A stretch of DNA of 64,000 bases from assembly GCA_965242865.1 (NCBI GenBank), contig CBDETK010000013.1:3104001-3168000 (forward strand), in the 5' to 3' direction. The stretch is from Candidatus Latescibacterota bacterium (GTDB lineage Bacteria > Latescibacterota > UBA2968 > UBA8231). Shown here one piece after another: positions 1 through 12,633 of the stretch. Under the pieces are notes generated by a model, which searched no databases, was not told the DNA's origin, and worked only from the letters and a program-made list of their open reading frames with translations. The first letter of the stretch is position 1; the number at the start of each line of letters is the position of its first letter. A program made the position numbers and the translations under genes.

Positions 1-925
1 GCCCCAGGTGCGCTTCGGCGTGGCCCACGGGCAGATGCCCCCTAGGCCGCTAGAAAAGGTCATGGTCGATTTCTTGGAACGGAAGTACGACTGTTTAGTC
101 TGCACCATGATCATTGAATCCGGTATCGACATCCCTTCGGTCAACACCATCATCGTCAACCGCGCCGACGCGCTGGGCCTGAGCCAGCTCTACCAAATCC
201 GAGGCCGGGTCGGCCGCTCCAACGAGCGCGCTTACGCCTATTTGCTGGTGCCCAAGGGCAAGAAACTGACCAAGAAGAGCCGCCTGCGCCTGCGCGCCAT
301 CGAGGAATTTGCCGACTTAGGGTCTGGCTTCAACATCGCCATGCGCGATCTAGAAATCCGCGGCGCCGGCAATCTAGTGGGGGCGCAGCAACACGGATTT
401 ATCGCCGCGGTCGGCTTCGACCTCTACTGCCGCTTGCTCGACGAGGCCATGCGCGAAATCAAGGGCGAGTACGCCCCGGACAACCCCGAACCCGAGATAA
501 AAATTGCGGTCTCGGCTTATATTCCAGATGAGTACCTGCGCGACCCGGACCAAAAGATGGAGTTCTACCAGCGCTTAGCCGACGCCGGCCGCATCGTCGA
601 GTTGTTGGACATCCGCGAGGAGATGCAGGATCGCTTTGGACGCCTGCCCCAGCCCGCGCGCGCCCTAATGCACATCATGGAAATCAAGATCATGGCCCGC
701 CAGCTCGGCCTCGAAAGCGTCCAGTTGGAGCAGAGCCGCTTTCGCCTCGCCTTTCTACCCACCAAGCCGATCGCACCGGCCGACATTCAGAAGATGGTGG
801 AGCAGTGCTCCACCCGGCTCGACTTCGACTTGGGCGAGCAGCTCAGGGTTGAGGCCCGGGTGCCGGGCCGCGACGAGATAGAGCGTTTGGAAAAGGCGCA
901 CACCATCTTGGAGGAAATCCTCTGA
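1..925 (+). CDS. mfd: Transcription-repair coupling factor, C-terminal part (5' truncated by window)
   Basis: Helicase C motifs (AHGQM, IIESGIDIP, LYQIRGRVGRS), TRG motif (DLEIRGAGN) and TRCF domain (YIPDEY...DRFGRLP). Confidence 0.96.
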   Translation, partial: PQVRFGVAHGQMPPRPLEKVMVDFLERKYDCLVCTMIIESGIDIPSVNTIIVNRADALGLSQLYQIRGRVGRSNERAYAYLLVPKGKKLTKKSRLRLRAIEEFADLGSGFNIAMRDLEIRGAGNLVGAQQHGFIAAVGFDLYCRLLDEAMREIKGEYAPDNPEPEIKIAVSAYIPDEYLRDPDQKMEFYQRLADAGRIVELLDIREEMQDRFGRLPQPARALMHIMEIKIMARQLGLESVQLEQSRFRLAFLPTKPIAPADIQKMVEQCSTRLDFDLGEQLRVEARVPGRDEIERLEKAHTILEEIL

Positions 926-1740
926 AAACACTGCTCGCCAGCGCGCTCGCGCTCAGCGCCCTGTTGGGGTGTGAATCGTCGAGCCCCCGCGACATCGTCG
1001 CCCGCGTCGGAGACGCCGAGCTCACCGAGGGCGACTTGGTCGGCCAGCTCGCCCTTCGCCCGGATGCCGATGCCGCCGAAGGCGAGCGAGCGCAGCTCAT
1101 CGAGGACTGGGTGCGCCAAGAGTTGCTCTATCAGGAAGCACTCGCCCGGGGGCTTCATCAGCAGACGCGGCTCAAAACGCTTCTGGCGCAGCTGCGGCGC
1201 GATCTGCTGGTAGCGGCCCTGCTCGACGCCGAGTTTCAAGACCGGGAGCTCTCCTTCAGCGAGGCGGCAATTCGCCGCTACTACGACGCGCATCAAGCCG
1301 ACTTCCGCCGGGCTGCCCCCGAGATTCGGGCGCGGCACATCCTCCTGACGAGCCGGCGCGAGGCCAACGCCCAGCGTCAAACCCTGCGCCAGCGCGGCGA
1401 GAGTTTTGCCGAAGTGGCCCGCAAGTACTCGCACGACAGCGCGACCCGCAACAAGGGCGGTGAGCTGGGCTATTTCTCGGAAGCGGAAAACCCCGTGCTA
1501 TGGGCCGCGTGCCAAGACCTGCCGCTCAATCGCATCTCCGAGCCGATATACACCGAGTACGGCTACCATCTCATCCAACTCCTAGAGCACGGCGAGGTCG
1601 GCACGGTCCGCGACCTCGCGCAAGTGCGCTCTCAGATCGTCGAGACGCTGGTGCGCGAGCATCACCAATCTCAGCTCGATCAACTCGTCGCCCAACTCAA
1701 AAACTCCGCCGACTGGGCTATCGCAGCCCCCACCCCCTGA
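922..1740 (+). CDS. Parvulin-type peptidylprolyl isomerase, probable lipoprotein
   Basis: ARHILL...FAEVARKYS.D...GGELG and YGYHLI rotamase motifs. The frame extends upstream of the track start (964) to CTG at 922, giving signal LKTLLASALALSALLG|C; GGAGG at 910-914. Confidence 0.85.
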   Translation: MKTLLASALALSALLGCESSSPRDIVARVGDAELTEGDLVGQLALRPDADAAEGERAQLIEDWVRQELLYQEALARGLHQQTRLKTLLAQLRRDLLVAALLDAEFQDRELSFSEAAIRRYYDAHQADFRRAAPEIRARHILLTSRREANAQRQTLRQRGESFAEVARKYSHDSATRNKGGELGYFSEAENPVLWAACQDLPLNRISEPIYTEYGYHLIQLLEHGEVGTVRDLAQVRSQIVETLVREHHQSQLDQLVAQLKNSADWAIAAPTP

Positions 1741-1742
1741 GT

Positions 1743-3080
1743 ATGCCACTGCCTTCGCCAAATCGCCTGCTGTTGACGCTCTGCCTCGCCCTGTGTGTCG
1801 CGCCGCGAGTGAACGCCTTGCCCGAACTCATCGACCGCATCGTCGCCACCGTGGACAACCACACGATCCTCTGGTCCGAGCTCAACTACCGACTGCGCTT
1901 TGAGGCCGAGCAGCGCGGGCTTTCGATCTTTGCCGAATCCGCGGAGCTCGCGGCCGAGCGTCGCGCCATCCTCAACGCCATGATCGACGAGCAAGTGCTG
2001 GTTCTCAAGGCCAAGCAGGACAGCATTCAGATTGATCCCGCCGAAGTCGAGGAAATGCTCGGCCAGCAGTTCGAGATGGCCAAGAGCAGCATGGACGACG
2101 GGGAATTTGAGCGCATGCTGGCGCGCGTGGGCTTGAGCGAGCGCCAGCTCAAGGCTCGCTACCGCAAGGAAATCCGCCACCGCCTGCTCTCGCGCCAGAT
2201 GCGTGCCTTTGTCTCGTACCGGGTACACGTCAGCCATCGCGACGTAGAGGCGTTCCGCAGCGCACACCAAGACACCTTGCCGGCCCAAATCTCGCTCAGC
2301 CACATTCTGGTCAAGATCCAGCCCAGCGCTGAGGTGCTCCAAGAAAAACGGGCGCGAATCGAAGAGCTCCAAGCCCTGCTCGCGGCGGGTGGCGACTTTG
2401 CCACCATAGCCCGCGCCCACTCCGAAGACCCCGGCAGTGCCTCGCTCGGCGGCGACTTGGGCTGCTTCTCGCCTAGGACCTTGGTGCCCGAGTTTGAGGA
2501 AGCGGCCTTCGCCCTCAAGCCGGGCCAGACCAGCGAGCCGGTTTTGAGCCCTTATGGCTACCACCTGATACAGGTGCGCGAAAAACGCGAAACCTCCATC
2601 TGCGCCAGCCACATCCTCGTTTTGGCCAAAACCTCAGCCAGCGACCAAGCCCGGGCGCGGGAGACGCTCGCGGATTTGCGCGGTCGCGCCCTGAACAGCG
2701 AGGAGTTTTCCCAACTCGCTCGCCAGTATTCGGCCAACCCGCAGACGGCCATGCAGGGCGGCCTCTGGGGGACCTTCCCCAAGGACCAGATTCCCAACTT
2801 CCTCCAGCCGTACCTCCGCGACCTCAAGCTGGGCGGCATCAGCGAGCCTTTCTTTTTAGACGATGGGGGCTACATCGTCAAAATCAACGACGACCAAGCC
2901 GTGCTCGAGGGCCTGATTCGCGACATCCGCACCGAAGCGGCCATGCGCCAGTTAATCGACGAATACCGCCAGCAAATCCACGTTGAGATTCGGCTCGACG
3001 AGGAAAACTTGCGACGACCAGTACGGGATGCGACTGGATATATTTCTGAAGAACACGGGGCTGATCAAGCAGCGCAGTGA
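1743..3080 (+). CDS. surA: SurA-like chaperone/peptidylprolyl isomerase
   Basis: Signal peptide from ATG 1743, SurA N-domain (IDRIVATVDNHTIL) and two parvulin domains (SHIL, GGDLG, PEFEEAAF, YGYHLI). Confidence 0.85.
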   Translation: MPLPSPNRLLLTLCLALCVAPRVNALPELIDRIVATVDNHTILWSELNYRLRFEAEQRGLSIFAESAELAAERRAILNAMIDEQVLVLKAKQDSIQIDPAEVEEMLGQQFEMAKSSMDDGEFERMLARVGLSERQLKARYRKEIRHRLLSRQMRAFVSYRVHVSHRDVEAFRSAHQDTLPAQISLSHILVKIQPSAEVLQEKRARIEELQALLAAGGDFATIARAHSEDPGSASLGGDLGCFSPRTLVPEFEEAAFALKPGQTSEPVLSPYGYHLIQVREKRETSICASHILVLAKTSASDQARARETLADLRGRALNSEEFSQLARQYSANPQTAMQGGLWGTFPKDQIPNFLQPYLRDLKLGGISEPFFLDDGGYIVKINDDQAVLEGLIRDIRTEAAMRQLIDEYRQQIHVEIRLDEENLRRPVRDATGYISEEHGADQAAQ

Positions 3081-3309
3081 AGCCAAGCGGGCCTGCGACG
3101 CCGGCCGAGTGCAAATCGGCGGCCAGCCGGCCAAGGCTTCTCACGCCGTGGTCGTGGGCGAGCAGATCCACCTCGTCACGCCCACTCGCCTGCTCGACAT
3201 TGAGGTGCTCGGCGTCCCAACGCACCCGCCCGCCCGGCGGGACCGCCGCCGCTTTTACCGGATCCTCCGCGAGGAATACCGCGACCCATACGAAGACTTG
3301 AGCTTTTAG
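3028..3309 (+). CDS. S4 RNA-binding domain protein (Hsp15/RqcP-like)
   Basis: MRLDIFLKNTGLIKQRSEAKRACDAGRV is a typical S4 domain start. Confidence 0.85.
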   Translation: MRLDIFLKNTGLIKQRSEAKRACDAGRVQIGGQPAKASHAVVVGEQIHLVTPTRLLDIEVLGVPTHPPARRDRRRFYRILREEYRDPYEDLSF

Positions 3310-3319
3310 GACGCGAGCT

Positions 3320-4078
3320 GTGGGCAATGCAGCGCAATCGCCCTATCAAGGGCTAGCCCCCATTTACGACTATGTAATGGCCCATGTCGATTACGGCGCG
3401 TGGGCCGCTTACATCCACGCGCTTTTCGCCCGCTTTGCCCCAGACGCCGTTTGCGTCGCGGACTTGGCCTGCGGCACCGGCAACATGTCTTTCGCGCTCC
3501 ACCGCCTCGGCTATGAGGTAACGGGCGTGGACCGCTCCGCGGCCATGCTGCGGGTCGCCGGCGAAAAGGCCGTCGGCACCGATGTCGAGTTCGTCCAGCG
3601 GGACTTGCGCCAGCTAGCCGGCCTCGGGCCTTTTGACGCGGCCACTTGCCTGTACGACAGCGTCAACTATCTGCTCGCCCCCGCCGATCTCGACGCGGCC
3701 CTGCGCGGCGCACAGGCCATGGTGCAGCCGGGTGGGCTCTTCGTCTTTGACATCTGCACAGAGCGCAATTCGCTGCGCTACTTCCGCAATGCGCGCACCA
3801 GCGAGCGGGGGCCGGGCTTTTCCTACGAGCGGCACAGCATCTACGACCCAGACCAGCGGCTCCAGAGCAACCACTTCCGCATCCGCCGCGACGGGAGCGC
3901 CGTCGCGCTAGAGGAAACCCATGTTCAGCGCATTTATCCGGTCGCGGCTGTCGTCGCCCGCGTTGAGGCGAGTGCTTGGGAGTTGCTCGCGTTCTTTGAC
4001 GGCTTCACCTTTGACGAGGGAACCGAGGAATCAGACCGCATTCACTTCGTCCTACGCGCTCCGCGAGCGGAGAAATGA
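3320..4078 (+). CDS. Class I SAM-dependent methyltransferase
   Basis: DLACGTG motif I, GVDRSAAML, DSVNYL, PGGLFVFD. Confidence 0.9.
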   Translation: MGNAAQSPYQGLAPIYDYVMAHVDYGAWAAYIHALFARFAPDAVCVADLACGTGNMSFALHRLGYEVTGVDRSAAMLRVAGEKAVGTDVEFVQRDLRQLAGLGPFDAATCLYDSVNYLLAPADLDAALRGAQAMVQPGGLFVFDICTERNSLRYFRNARTSERGPGFSYERHSIYDPDQRLQSNHFRIRRDGSAVALEETHVQRIYPVAAVVARVEASAWELLAFFDGFTFDEGTEESDRIHFVLRAPRAEK

Positions 4079-5049
4079 CTTTGGACCTGCCCCTAAGAGC
4101 AACGCACGCATTCCTTGAGGAAGCGGACGACTTCCTGCTTACGACCCACGTCAACAGCGACGCCGATGGCCTAGGGGCCTGCATGGCTTGGGCGCAGCTG
4201 CTGAGGGGCCTCGGCAAGCGCGCCGACATCGGCCTGCCCGAGCCGCCCGTAGATCAATGCTCCTTTCTCGCCGGCTGGGACGGCGTGCGCCACTTTGCCG
4301 ACCTCGACTTGGCCCGCTATCGCTGCGCCATTGTCGCGGACTGTCCTTCCCTCGACCGCATCGGCCCGGTGAGCCCCAGTCTCAGCCCCGACATTCGCCT
4401 CCTCAACATCGATCACCACCGCGGCAACGAGGGCTTCGGCGCGGTGAACATCGTGGCGGAAATCAGCTCTACCTGCGAGCTCCTCTACCATCTCGCCATC
4501 GGCCTCGGCTATGCGATCGACGCCGCTGTCGCCGCCCAGCTCTATGCGGGGATTCTCTTTGATACCGGCGGCTTTCGCTTCTCGCTAACGACGGCGACCA
4601 CCTTTGAAGTGGCGGCCGATCTGGTGCGGCGCGGCGTCCGTCTAGACGCTATCGCCGAAGGGGTCTTTGGCAACAAGAGCCTCGGCGCGGTCAAACAGCG
4701 CGGCCAAGCCATTGAGAGCTTGGTGCTGCGCCTTGGCGGCCGCGTGGCAGTGCTCCAGCTCGACCACGAAGCCATGGGCGCGGGCGAACCGGACGAAGTC
4801 GTCAACTACGGCTTGATGATCAGGGGCGTCGAAGTGGCCGTGCTGCTCAAGGAACGCGCCCCCGGGTGCTACCGCATCAGCTTGCGCTCCCGCGACCGGG
4901 TCGACGTCAGCCAAGTCGCCGGCACTTTTGGCGGCGGCGGTCACGCTCGCGCGGCCGGGCTAGAGCGAACGGGTGTGCCCCAAGACATTGTTGAGAGCGT
5001 ATTGGCCGAAATTGACCGGCACTTGCGCTTTAGTAATAATTATTCTTAA
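4075..5049 (+). CDS. nrnA: DHH/DHHA1 phosphoesterase (NrnA-like oligoribonuclease/pAp phosphatase)
   Basis: THVNSDADG, NIDHH, GILFDTGGF, SLRS and FGGGGHARAAG motifs. Confidence 0.88.
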   Translation: MTLDLPLRATHAFLEEADDFLLTTHVNSDADGLGACMAWAQLLRGLGKRADIGLPEPPVDQCSFLAGWDGVRHFADLDLARYRCAIVADCPSLDRIGPVSPSLSPDIRLLNIDHHRGNEGFGAVNIVAEISSTCELLYHLAIGLGYAIDAAVAAQLYAGILFDTGGFRFSLTTATTFEVAADLVRRGVRLDAIAEGVFGNKSLGAVKQRGQAIESLVLRLGGRVAVLQLDHEAMGAGEPDEVVNYGLMIRGVEVAVLLKERAPGCYRISLRSRDRVDVSQVAGTFGGGGHARAAGLERTGVPQDIVESVLAEIDRHLRFSNNYS

Positions 5050-5091
5050 TTATCAATTTTTATTTCACTCCAAAAGGAGCAAGACGTTCCA

Positions 5092-6006
5092 TTGCATTTA
5101 ATTACCTTAAAAGACTGGTCCCCAGCCGATGTGCAGCAAGCTGTCGAGCTCGGCCTCGCGGTCAAGGCTACCCCGCCGCACTACGCCGACGCCCTCTCTG
5201 GCCGCACAGTGGTCCTGCTCTTCCAAAAGACTTCGACCCGCACCCGCTGCGCCGGCGAAATCGGCACCGCTCAGCTAGGCGGTCACGCCCTCTATCTCGA
5301 TTGGGTAAACACCAACTTCGGCCTCGCCGACTTGGGCGACGAGTTCCGCGTACTCTCCGGCTACTCGGACTTCATCGTCGCTCGCTTGCTCGAACACGCC
5401 GATGTGCGCCGCGCTGCCGCGGCCTCGCAAGTACCGCTGATGAACGGCTGCTGCAACCGCTACCACCCCTTGCAGGCATTGGCCGACCTAATGACCCTCC
5501 AGGAGGCTTTCGGGCGGCTCGAAGGAGTGCGCCTGACTTATGTCGGGGTACTCAACAACGTCGCCAACTCGCTCATTGCCGCTGGCGTCAAAGTGGGCAT
5601 GCACGTCACCTGCGTCTGCCCGGAGGTCAACGAGGCCGCCCGCGACGACGAACTCTACGCCGAAGCCCAGCGCTTGGGCCTCTATGAGCACACCGAGGCC
5701 CTGCATCCGGCGTTGGCAAAGTCTGACGCCGTGTACACCGACACTTGGATCGACATGGAGTTTTTCACCGACCCCCAATACGCCCGCGAAAAGGAGCGCC
5801 GGGTCCAGACCTTTCAGCCCTATCAACTCAGCCGCGAGTTGCTCGCCGGCCTAGACCTGAAAATCCTGCACTGCCTGCCCGCCCACCACGGCTATGAGAT
5901 CGAAGGTGCCCTCTTGCACGACGAACGCTCCCTGATATTCACCCAAGCCGAAAACCGCCTGCACAGCCAGAAGGCCGTGTTGCTCAAGCTGGCAGCGGCG
6001 GTATAG
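5092..6006 (+). CDS. argF: Ornithine carbamoyltransferase
   Basis: FQKTSTRTR, HPLQALAD, HCLP and QAENRLH motifs; AAGGAG RBS upstream of TTG. Confidence 0.9.
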   Translation: MHLITLKDWSPADVQQAVELGLAVKATPPHYADALSGRTVVLLFQKTSTRTRCAGEIGTAQLGGHALYLDWVNTNFGLADLGDEFRVLSGYSDFIVARLLEHADVRRAAAASQVPLMNGCCNRYHPLQALADLMTLQEAFGRLEGVRLTYVGVLNNVANSLIAAGVKVGMHVTCVCPEVNEAARDDELYAEAQRLGLYEHTEALHPALAKSDAVYTDTWIDMEFFTDPQYAREKERRVQTFQPYQLSRELLAGLDLKILHCLPAHHGYEIEGALLHDERSLIFTQAENRLHSQKAVLLKLAAAV

Positions 6007-6012
6007 TACCGT

Positions 6013-6771
6013 ATGATTCGGCATATTGGTTGGGGCTTTGTGGGTTGTGTGCTGCTCGCGCAATGCTTGGAGGCCGAGACCGAAAGAACACACCAAATCG
6101 GCGTTGGTTTCGGTTCGTCTTGGGTGAGAAGCAAAGACGATCTGATTTCGCTTTTTACGTACAATGGGGGTGGACGAGCCGGACTCATTCAATACCGCTC
6201 GCAAAATTCCAAAAGCCATCACTATATATCCTTGATAGCAGGTGCCAGCAGGCTCCCATCGCTCAACAATTCGATCCCATTCTATAGGCGTGAACTCGAA
6301 GCATATCGCATGCAGATACGGTACACATATCGCCGCTACTTCCAACCTGATTCGCCCAAGCGCATACGCCTTCTTTGGGGTGTCGTACAACAGGCATTTA
6401 TCCATTTTCGCCGATACAACAGTAGTAGAAATCTAAATGAGATTTTTGGTGAAGGCGTCGGTTCGGTGCAACCGTTAATAGCACTGCAATTGGAATGGAC
6501 GAGATCGTCTCTGACCTATGAACTATCTGTACCGGCACTCACGTTCTTACTTTACTCCGACTACATCCCTGATATAGATTTCCAGCTAACGAGCCTACAC
6601 CGATTTTTGAGCGTGGAACACAGTCTCGACTGGACGCATAAAATCGGCGACAGGTGGTATATCCACATACAGTATTGGGGACAGTTCTATCGCTATACCA
6701 CACCGAAATCCACGAGTCCCAAGCGAATAGGCATCGATCAGCTACACGGATGGATCTATTGGGAGTTTTAG
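6013..6771 (+). CDS. Hypothetical secreted protein, probable outer-membrane beta-barrel
   Basis: Signal-like N-terminus, alternating aromatic strands, C-terminal WIYWEF beta-signal-like end; visibly lower GC than flanks. Confidence 0.55.
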   Translation: MIRHIGWGFVGCVLLAQCLEAETERTHQIGVGFGSSWVRSKDDLISLFTYNGGGRAGLIQYRSQNSKSHHYISLIAGASRLPSLNNSIPFYRRELEAYRMQIRYTYRRYFQPDSPKRIRLLWGVVQQAFIHFRRYNSSRNLNEIFGEGVGSVQPLIALQLEWTRSSLTYELSVPALTFLLYSDYIPDIDFQLTSLHRFLSVEHSLDWTHKIGDRWYIHIQYWGQFYRYTTPKSTSPKRIGIDQLHGWIYWEF

Positions 6772-6774
6772 ACC

Positions 6775-7794
6775 GTGAAAACTTGCCGTCCAACACACTT
6801 TATTTTTGTACTCTTATGCGTAGGGTGTAGCCGAGCCATTACCAACGCCCCACCAGAAAGTACACCCGAGCGCAATTTTGAGTACCTTTGGCAAGAATAC
6901 GACCGCCTCTATCCTTCATTTGAACTCAAAGGCGTGGACTGGGATTCGGTCTATGCCGTTTATCGCCCGCAGATCACACCACAAACCACAGATCAAGAAC
7001 TCTTTCTCGTTATGCGCCAGATGCTCGCAACCCTGCAAGATGGGCATGTAAGCCTCGACACACCCACGGAGTATTATTCATACACTGCTTATTGGGATCA
7101 ATATCCGATCAACTATGACCGCGATATTTTACGCACCTACTATTTGGGTGGTGCCATGAAAGGCACAAACAGCCCCATAACATATCGCTTGTTGGACGAG
7201 CAAATCGGATATGTTTACATCGACAATTTCGGAGGTACTAATTGGGGAGATCGTATTGAAATCGCCTTAAAAAGAATGAAGCCCCTAAAAGGGCTTATTG
7301 TCGATGTGCGTAACAACGGCGGAGGCGCCAAACAAAATGCAGAGGATATTGCTGGTAGATTTACACGACAAAAGAGATTATACGCGCATGGTCAATGGCG
7401 CAACGGGCCTCATCGCAGTGATTTAGCTTCTATCCAATTGTACTTTGAACCCAAAGGCAAGGTCAAATTTACCAAACCAACCGTCGTACTCACCAACCGT
7501 TCCTCTTTTAGCTCAGCAGAGCTCTTTGTACTGATGATGCGTACGTTGCCTCATATCACCGTCGTTGGCGACACAACGGGAGGCGGTTCTTCAGGCGACA
7601 CAACCTTTCGTGAACTGCCCAACGGCTGGATCTTTAGAGTTCCGAGCTCATTGCTCTCTGCCCCCAATTTTGAACCTTACCACGAAGGCAATGGTCTGGC
7701 TCCCGACGTCTGGGTTTCGACGCCGGATGACCTTTTAGCAAGTGGAACGGATCGCATTTTTGAAGCAGCCGTTGACATATTGCGAGAGGAGTGA
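6775..7794 (+). CDS. S41 family peptidase, probable lipoprotein
   Basis: LLCVG|C lipobox, tricorn C1-like NFEYLW...LQDGHV, DVRNNGGG, SFSSAELF, VGDTTGGG. Confidence 0.9.
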   Translation: MKTCRPTHFIFVLLCVGCSRAITNAPPESTPERNFEYLWQEYDRLYPSFELKGVDWDSVYAVYRPQITPQTTDQELFLVMRQMLATLQDGHVSLDTPTEYYSYTAYWDQYPINYDRDILRTYYLGGAMKGTNSPITYRLLDEQIGYVYIDNFGGTNWGDRIEIALKRMKPLKGLIVDVRNNGGGAKQNAEDIAGRFTRQKRLYAHGQWRNGPHRSDLASIQLYFEPKGKVKFTKPTVVLTNRSSFSSAELFVLMMRTLPHITVVGDTTGGGSSGDTTFRELPNGWIFRVPSSLLSAPNFEPYHEGNGLAPDVWVSTPDDLLASGTDRIFEAAVDILREE

Positions 7795-7829
7795 TACACC
7801 ACGCACCCGCCTGCAAGTTGCCGTTGCGT

Positions 7830-7856
7830 CCGGGATCGAGGGTGTCCCGCCCTTGA
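7830..7856. repeat. REP-like palindromic element, degenerate copy
   Basis: CCGGGATCGAGGGTGTCCCGCCCTTGA matches the element at 42125-42151 with 2 mismatches. Confidence 0.6.
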
Positions 7857-7902
7857 CCTTGTGAAGACTGTAGTAAGGTTATCGTTCAAAAGATGCATTT
7901 CC

Positions 7903-8381
7903 TCACCCCTCTTCCCGCACCCACGTCCCGCTCTGCCCGCCCCGTTTCTCCACGAGCCGCAGCTCGGAAATCACCATTCCGCGATCGACGCCCTTGCACA
8001 TGTCGTAGATCGTCAAAAGTGCCGTGCTCGCCGCCACCAGCGCCTCCATCTCTACTCCCGTGCGGTCGTCAATCCTCGCCTCGGCCTCGACTTCAACCCG
8101 ATCCGCGCCGACGTGCAAATCCACGCGGACCGCGGTCAGGTTGAGCGGGTGGCACAAGGGGATTAACTCTCCCGTGCGCTTGGCGGCCATGATCCCGGCC
8201 AAGCGCGCCGCTTCCAAGACGCTGCCCTTGGCGACTTTGTCCTCCGCGATCAGCCGCGCCGTCGCGCCATCCATGCGAATCTCGCCGCGCACCCGCGCCC
8301 GCCGCGCCGTCGGCTCCTTGCCGCTCACATCAACCATCTTGAGGCGGCCCTGCTCGTCGAGGTGAGTCAGCGCGTCGGTCA

Positions 8382-8382
<1 letters not shown>
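7903..8382 (-). CDS. moaC: Cyclic pyranopterin monophosphate synthase
   Basis: LTHLD..G..KMVDVS.K, LIPLCHPL, TGVEMEAL, IYDMCK; GTG start at 8382 overlaps the icd stop. Confidence 0.95.
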
Positions 8383-9635
<1,253 letters not shown>

Positions 9636-9719
9636 AAGAGTAAGACTCCTCGTTCTTTGTATTTAAGGGAATAAAAGGAATAATCGGCCCCTGGGGCCGA
9701 GCGGTCGCGGCTTTTGAAT

Positions 9720-10406
9720 CTAAGGATTTCGCTCGAGACGGCCAATGCGAGCCGCCAAGGCCCGGCGCTCGACCTCGACCAACTCGCAGGCGAATACCTC
9801 GCTATATGCGCGCAGGAGTTCAGCCTCGACTTCGCTCTGGTCCAACGTACGCCCCAGCAGCGCGGTCATCGTAGTCATTTCCTCGCTTCCCAAGCCGCAG
9901 GGCTTGATCGCCGCAAAGTAGCTCAAGTCGGTAGTCACATTCAGGGCCAGACCGTGCGCCGTGATCCAGTGCCGCACGTTGACGCCGATCGACGCCACTT
10001 TGGACGAGCCGACCCAAGCACCGGTCAAGCCGCCCCGCGCCTCTCCCTCCAAGCCAAAAGCGTCCAACGTGCGGATTAGCACGGTCTCCAGATCGCGCAA
10101 GTACTGGTGTACATCCCGACCGCGCTGACGCAGATCGACAATCGGATAGGCCACAATCTGGCCCGGCCCGTGAAACGTCACGCTGCCTCCGCGATCAATC
10201 GCGACCACCGCTAGCCCTTTGGCTAGGAGATGCTCGGGCCGCGTCGCCCGTCCGCCGGTATAGGTTGGCGGGTGTTCAACCAACATCAGCGCGTCTGGAA
10301 TTTGCTCGGCTCGCCGCAACTGGCGCAGCGACTTTTGCCAAGCCCAAGCCCGGGCAAAATCGATCCGCCCGACTCGGCAAAGGTGCGTTTCATTCGACCT
10401 ATTCAA
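9720..10406 (-). CDS. lipB: Lipoyl(octanoyl) transferase
   Basis: EHPPTYTGG, DRGGSVTFHGPGQ, KVASIG, HGLALNV, IKPCGL. Confidence 0.94.
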   Translation of the reverse strand: MNRSNETHLCRVGRIDFARAWAWQKSLRQLRRAEQIPDALMLVEHPPTYTGGRATRPEHLLAKGLAVVAIDRGGSVTFHGPGQIVAYPIVDLRQRGRDVHQYLRDLETVLIRTLDAFGLEGEARGGLTGAWVGSSKVASIGVNVRHWITAHGLALNVTTDLSYFAAIKPCGLGSEEMTTMTALLGRTLDQSEVEAELLRAYSEVFACELVEVERRALAARIGRLERNP

Positions 10407-10457
10407 GGATTGTCCAAGCTACCTTTCACGATATATCTTTTTGGTAAGGAACCATTC

Positions 10458-10693
10458 ATGCTCATCAAAATTACTTCCAAGCACCAAGTCACCTTCCCTG
10501 CCAGCGTATTGGACGCGCTAGGCGTAGGGCTAGGCGATCGGCTCTCCCTAGAGGAAGGCCCGGATGGCTTCATACTGCGGCCCCAGCGAATTGATTCCAC
10601 ACGCCTCGCCCCCTCAAAGATAAGCTAGTGCGCGGCAAGGGGGCGTTCGATCTCCAGTCCTTCCGAGACCAATTTCAGAGCTTGCTCGATTAG
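10458..10693 (+). pseudogene. AbrB/MazE-family antitoxin, apparently frameshifted, without a toxin partner
   Basis: KITSKHQVTFPASVLDALG...GDRL swapped-hairpin motif. Adding one C to the C5 run at 10609-10613 continues the frame as LKDKLVRGKGAFDLQSFRDQ to TAG at 10691-10693. Confidence 0.65.
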
Positions 10694-10799
10694 TATTTAG
10701 CCCCCTCTGCCCACACCCGCTACGGCTACCGAGCAGCTGTCGGCGGCGATGCGGATTATCCCACCCCACCGGGCGTCCGGCAAAAAGTAGAGGTCATTT

Positions 10800-10828
10800 T
10801 TGCACAAAAAGGGGGAGATGTCTATATT
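10800..10828 (+). promoter_or_regulatory. Sigma70-type promoter of groEL
   Basis: TTGCAC-N17-TATATT immediately upstream of the CIRCE element. Confidence 0.6.
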
Positions 10829-10848
10829 CAACAGTTCAACTTTGCTTT

Positions 10849-10875
10849 TTAGCACTCTCTTTTTTTGAGTGCCAG
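10849..10875 (+). promoter_or_regulatory. CIRCE element (HrcA operator)
   Basis: TTAGCACTC-N9-GAGTGCCAG versus consensus TTAGCACTC-N9-GAGTGCTAA, 60 bp upstream of groEL. Confidence 0.92.
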
Positions 10876-10895
10876 ATTTTATTTAATGGCTATAA

Positions 10896-12575
<1,680 letters not shown>

Positions 12576-12595
12576 ATAGCCCTTCTGTCGCATAG

Positions 12596-12633
12596 AAAAG
12601 GCTCGCTGCTTCTTTGGCAGCGAGCCTTTTTTT
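12596..12633. terminator. Bidirectional intrinsic terminator
   Basis: AAAAGGCTCGCTGC-loop-GCAGCGAGCCTTTTTTT between convergent genes. Confidence 0.9.

Noticed and set aside
1500-1742. Long upstream extensions of ORFs 1500, 24549, 25688, 28949 and 38581
   Set aside because: They overlap upstream genes; downstream starts match family N-termini.
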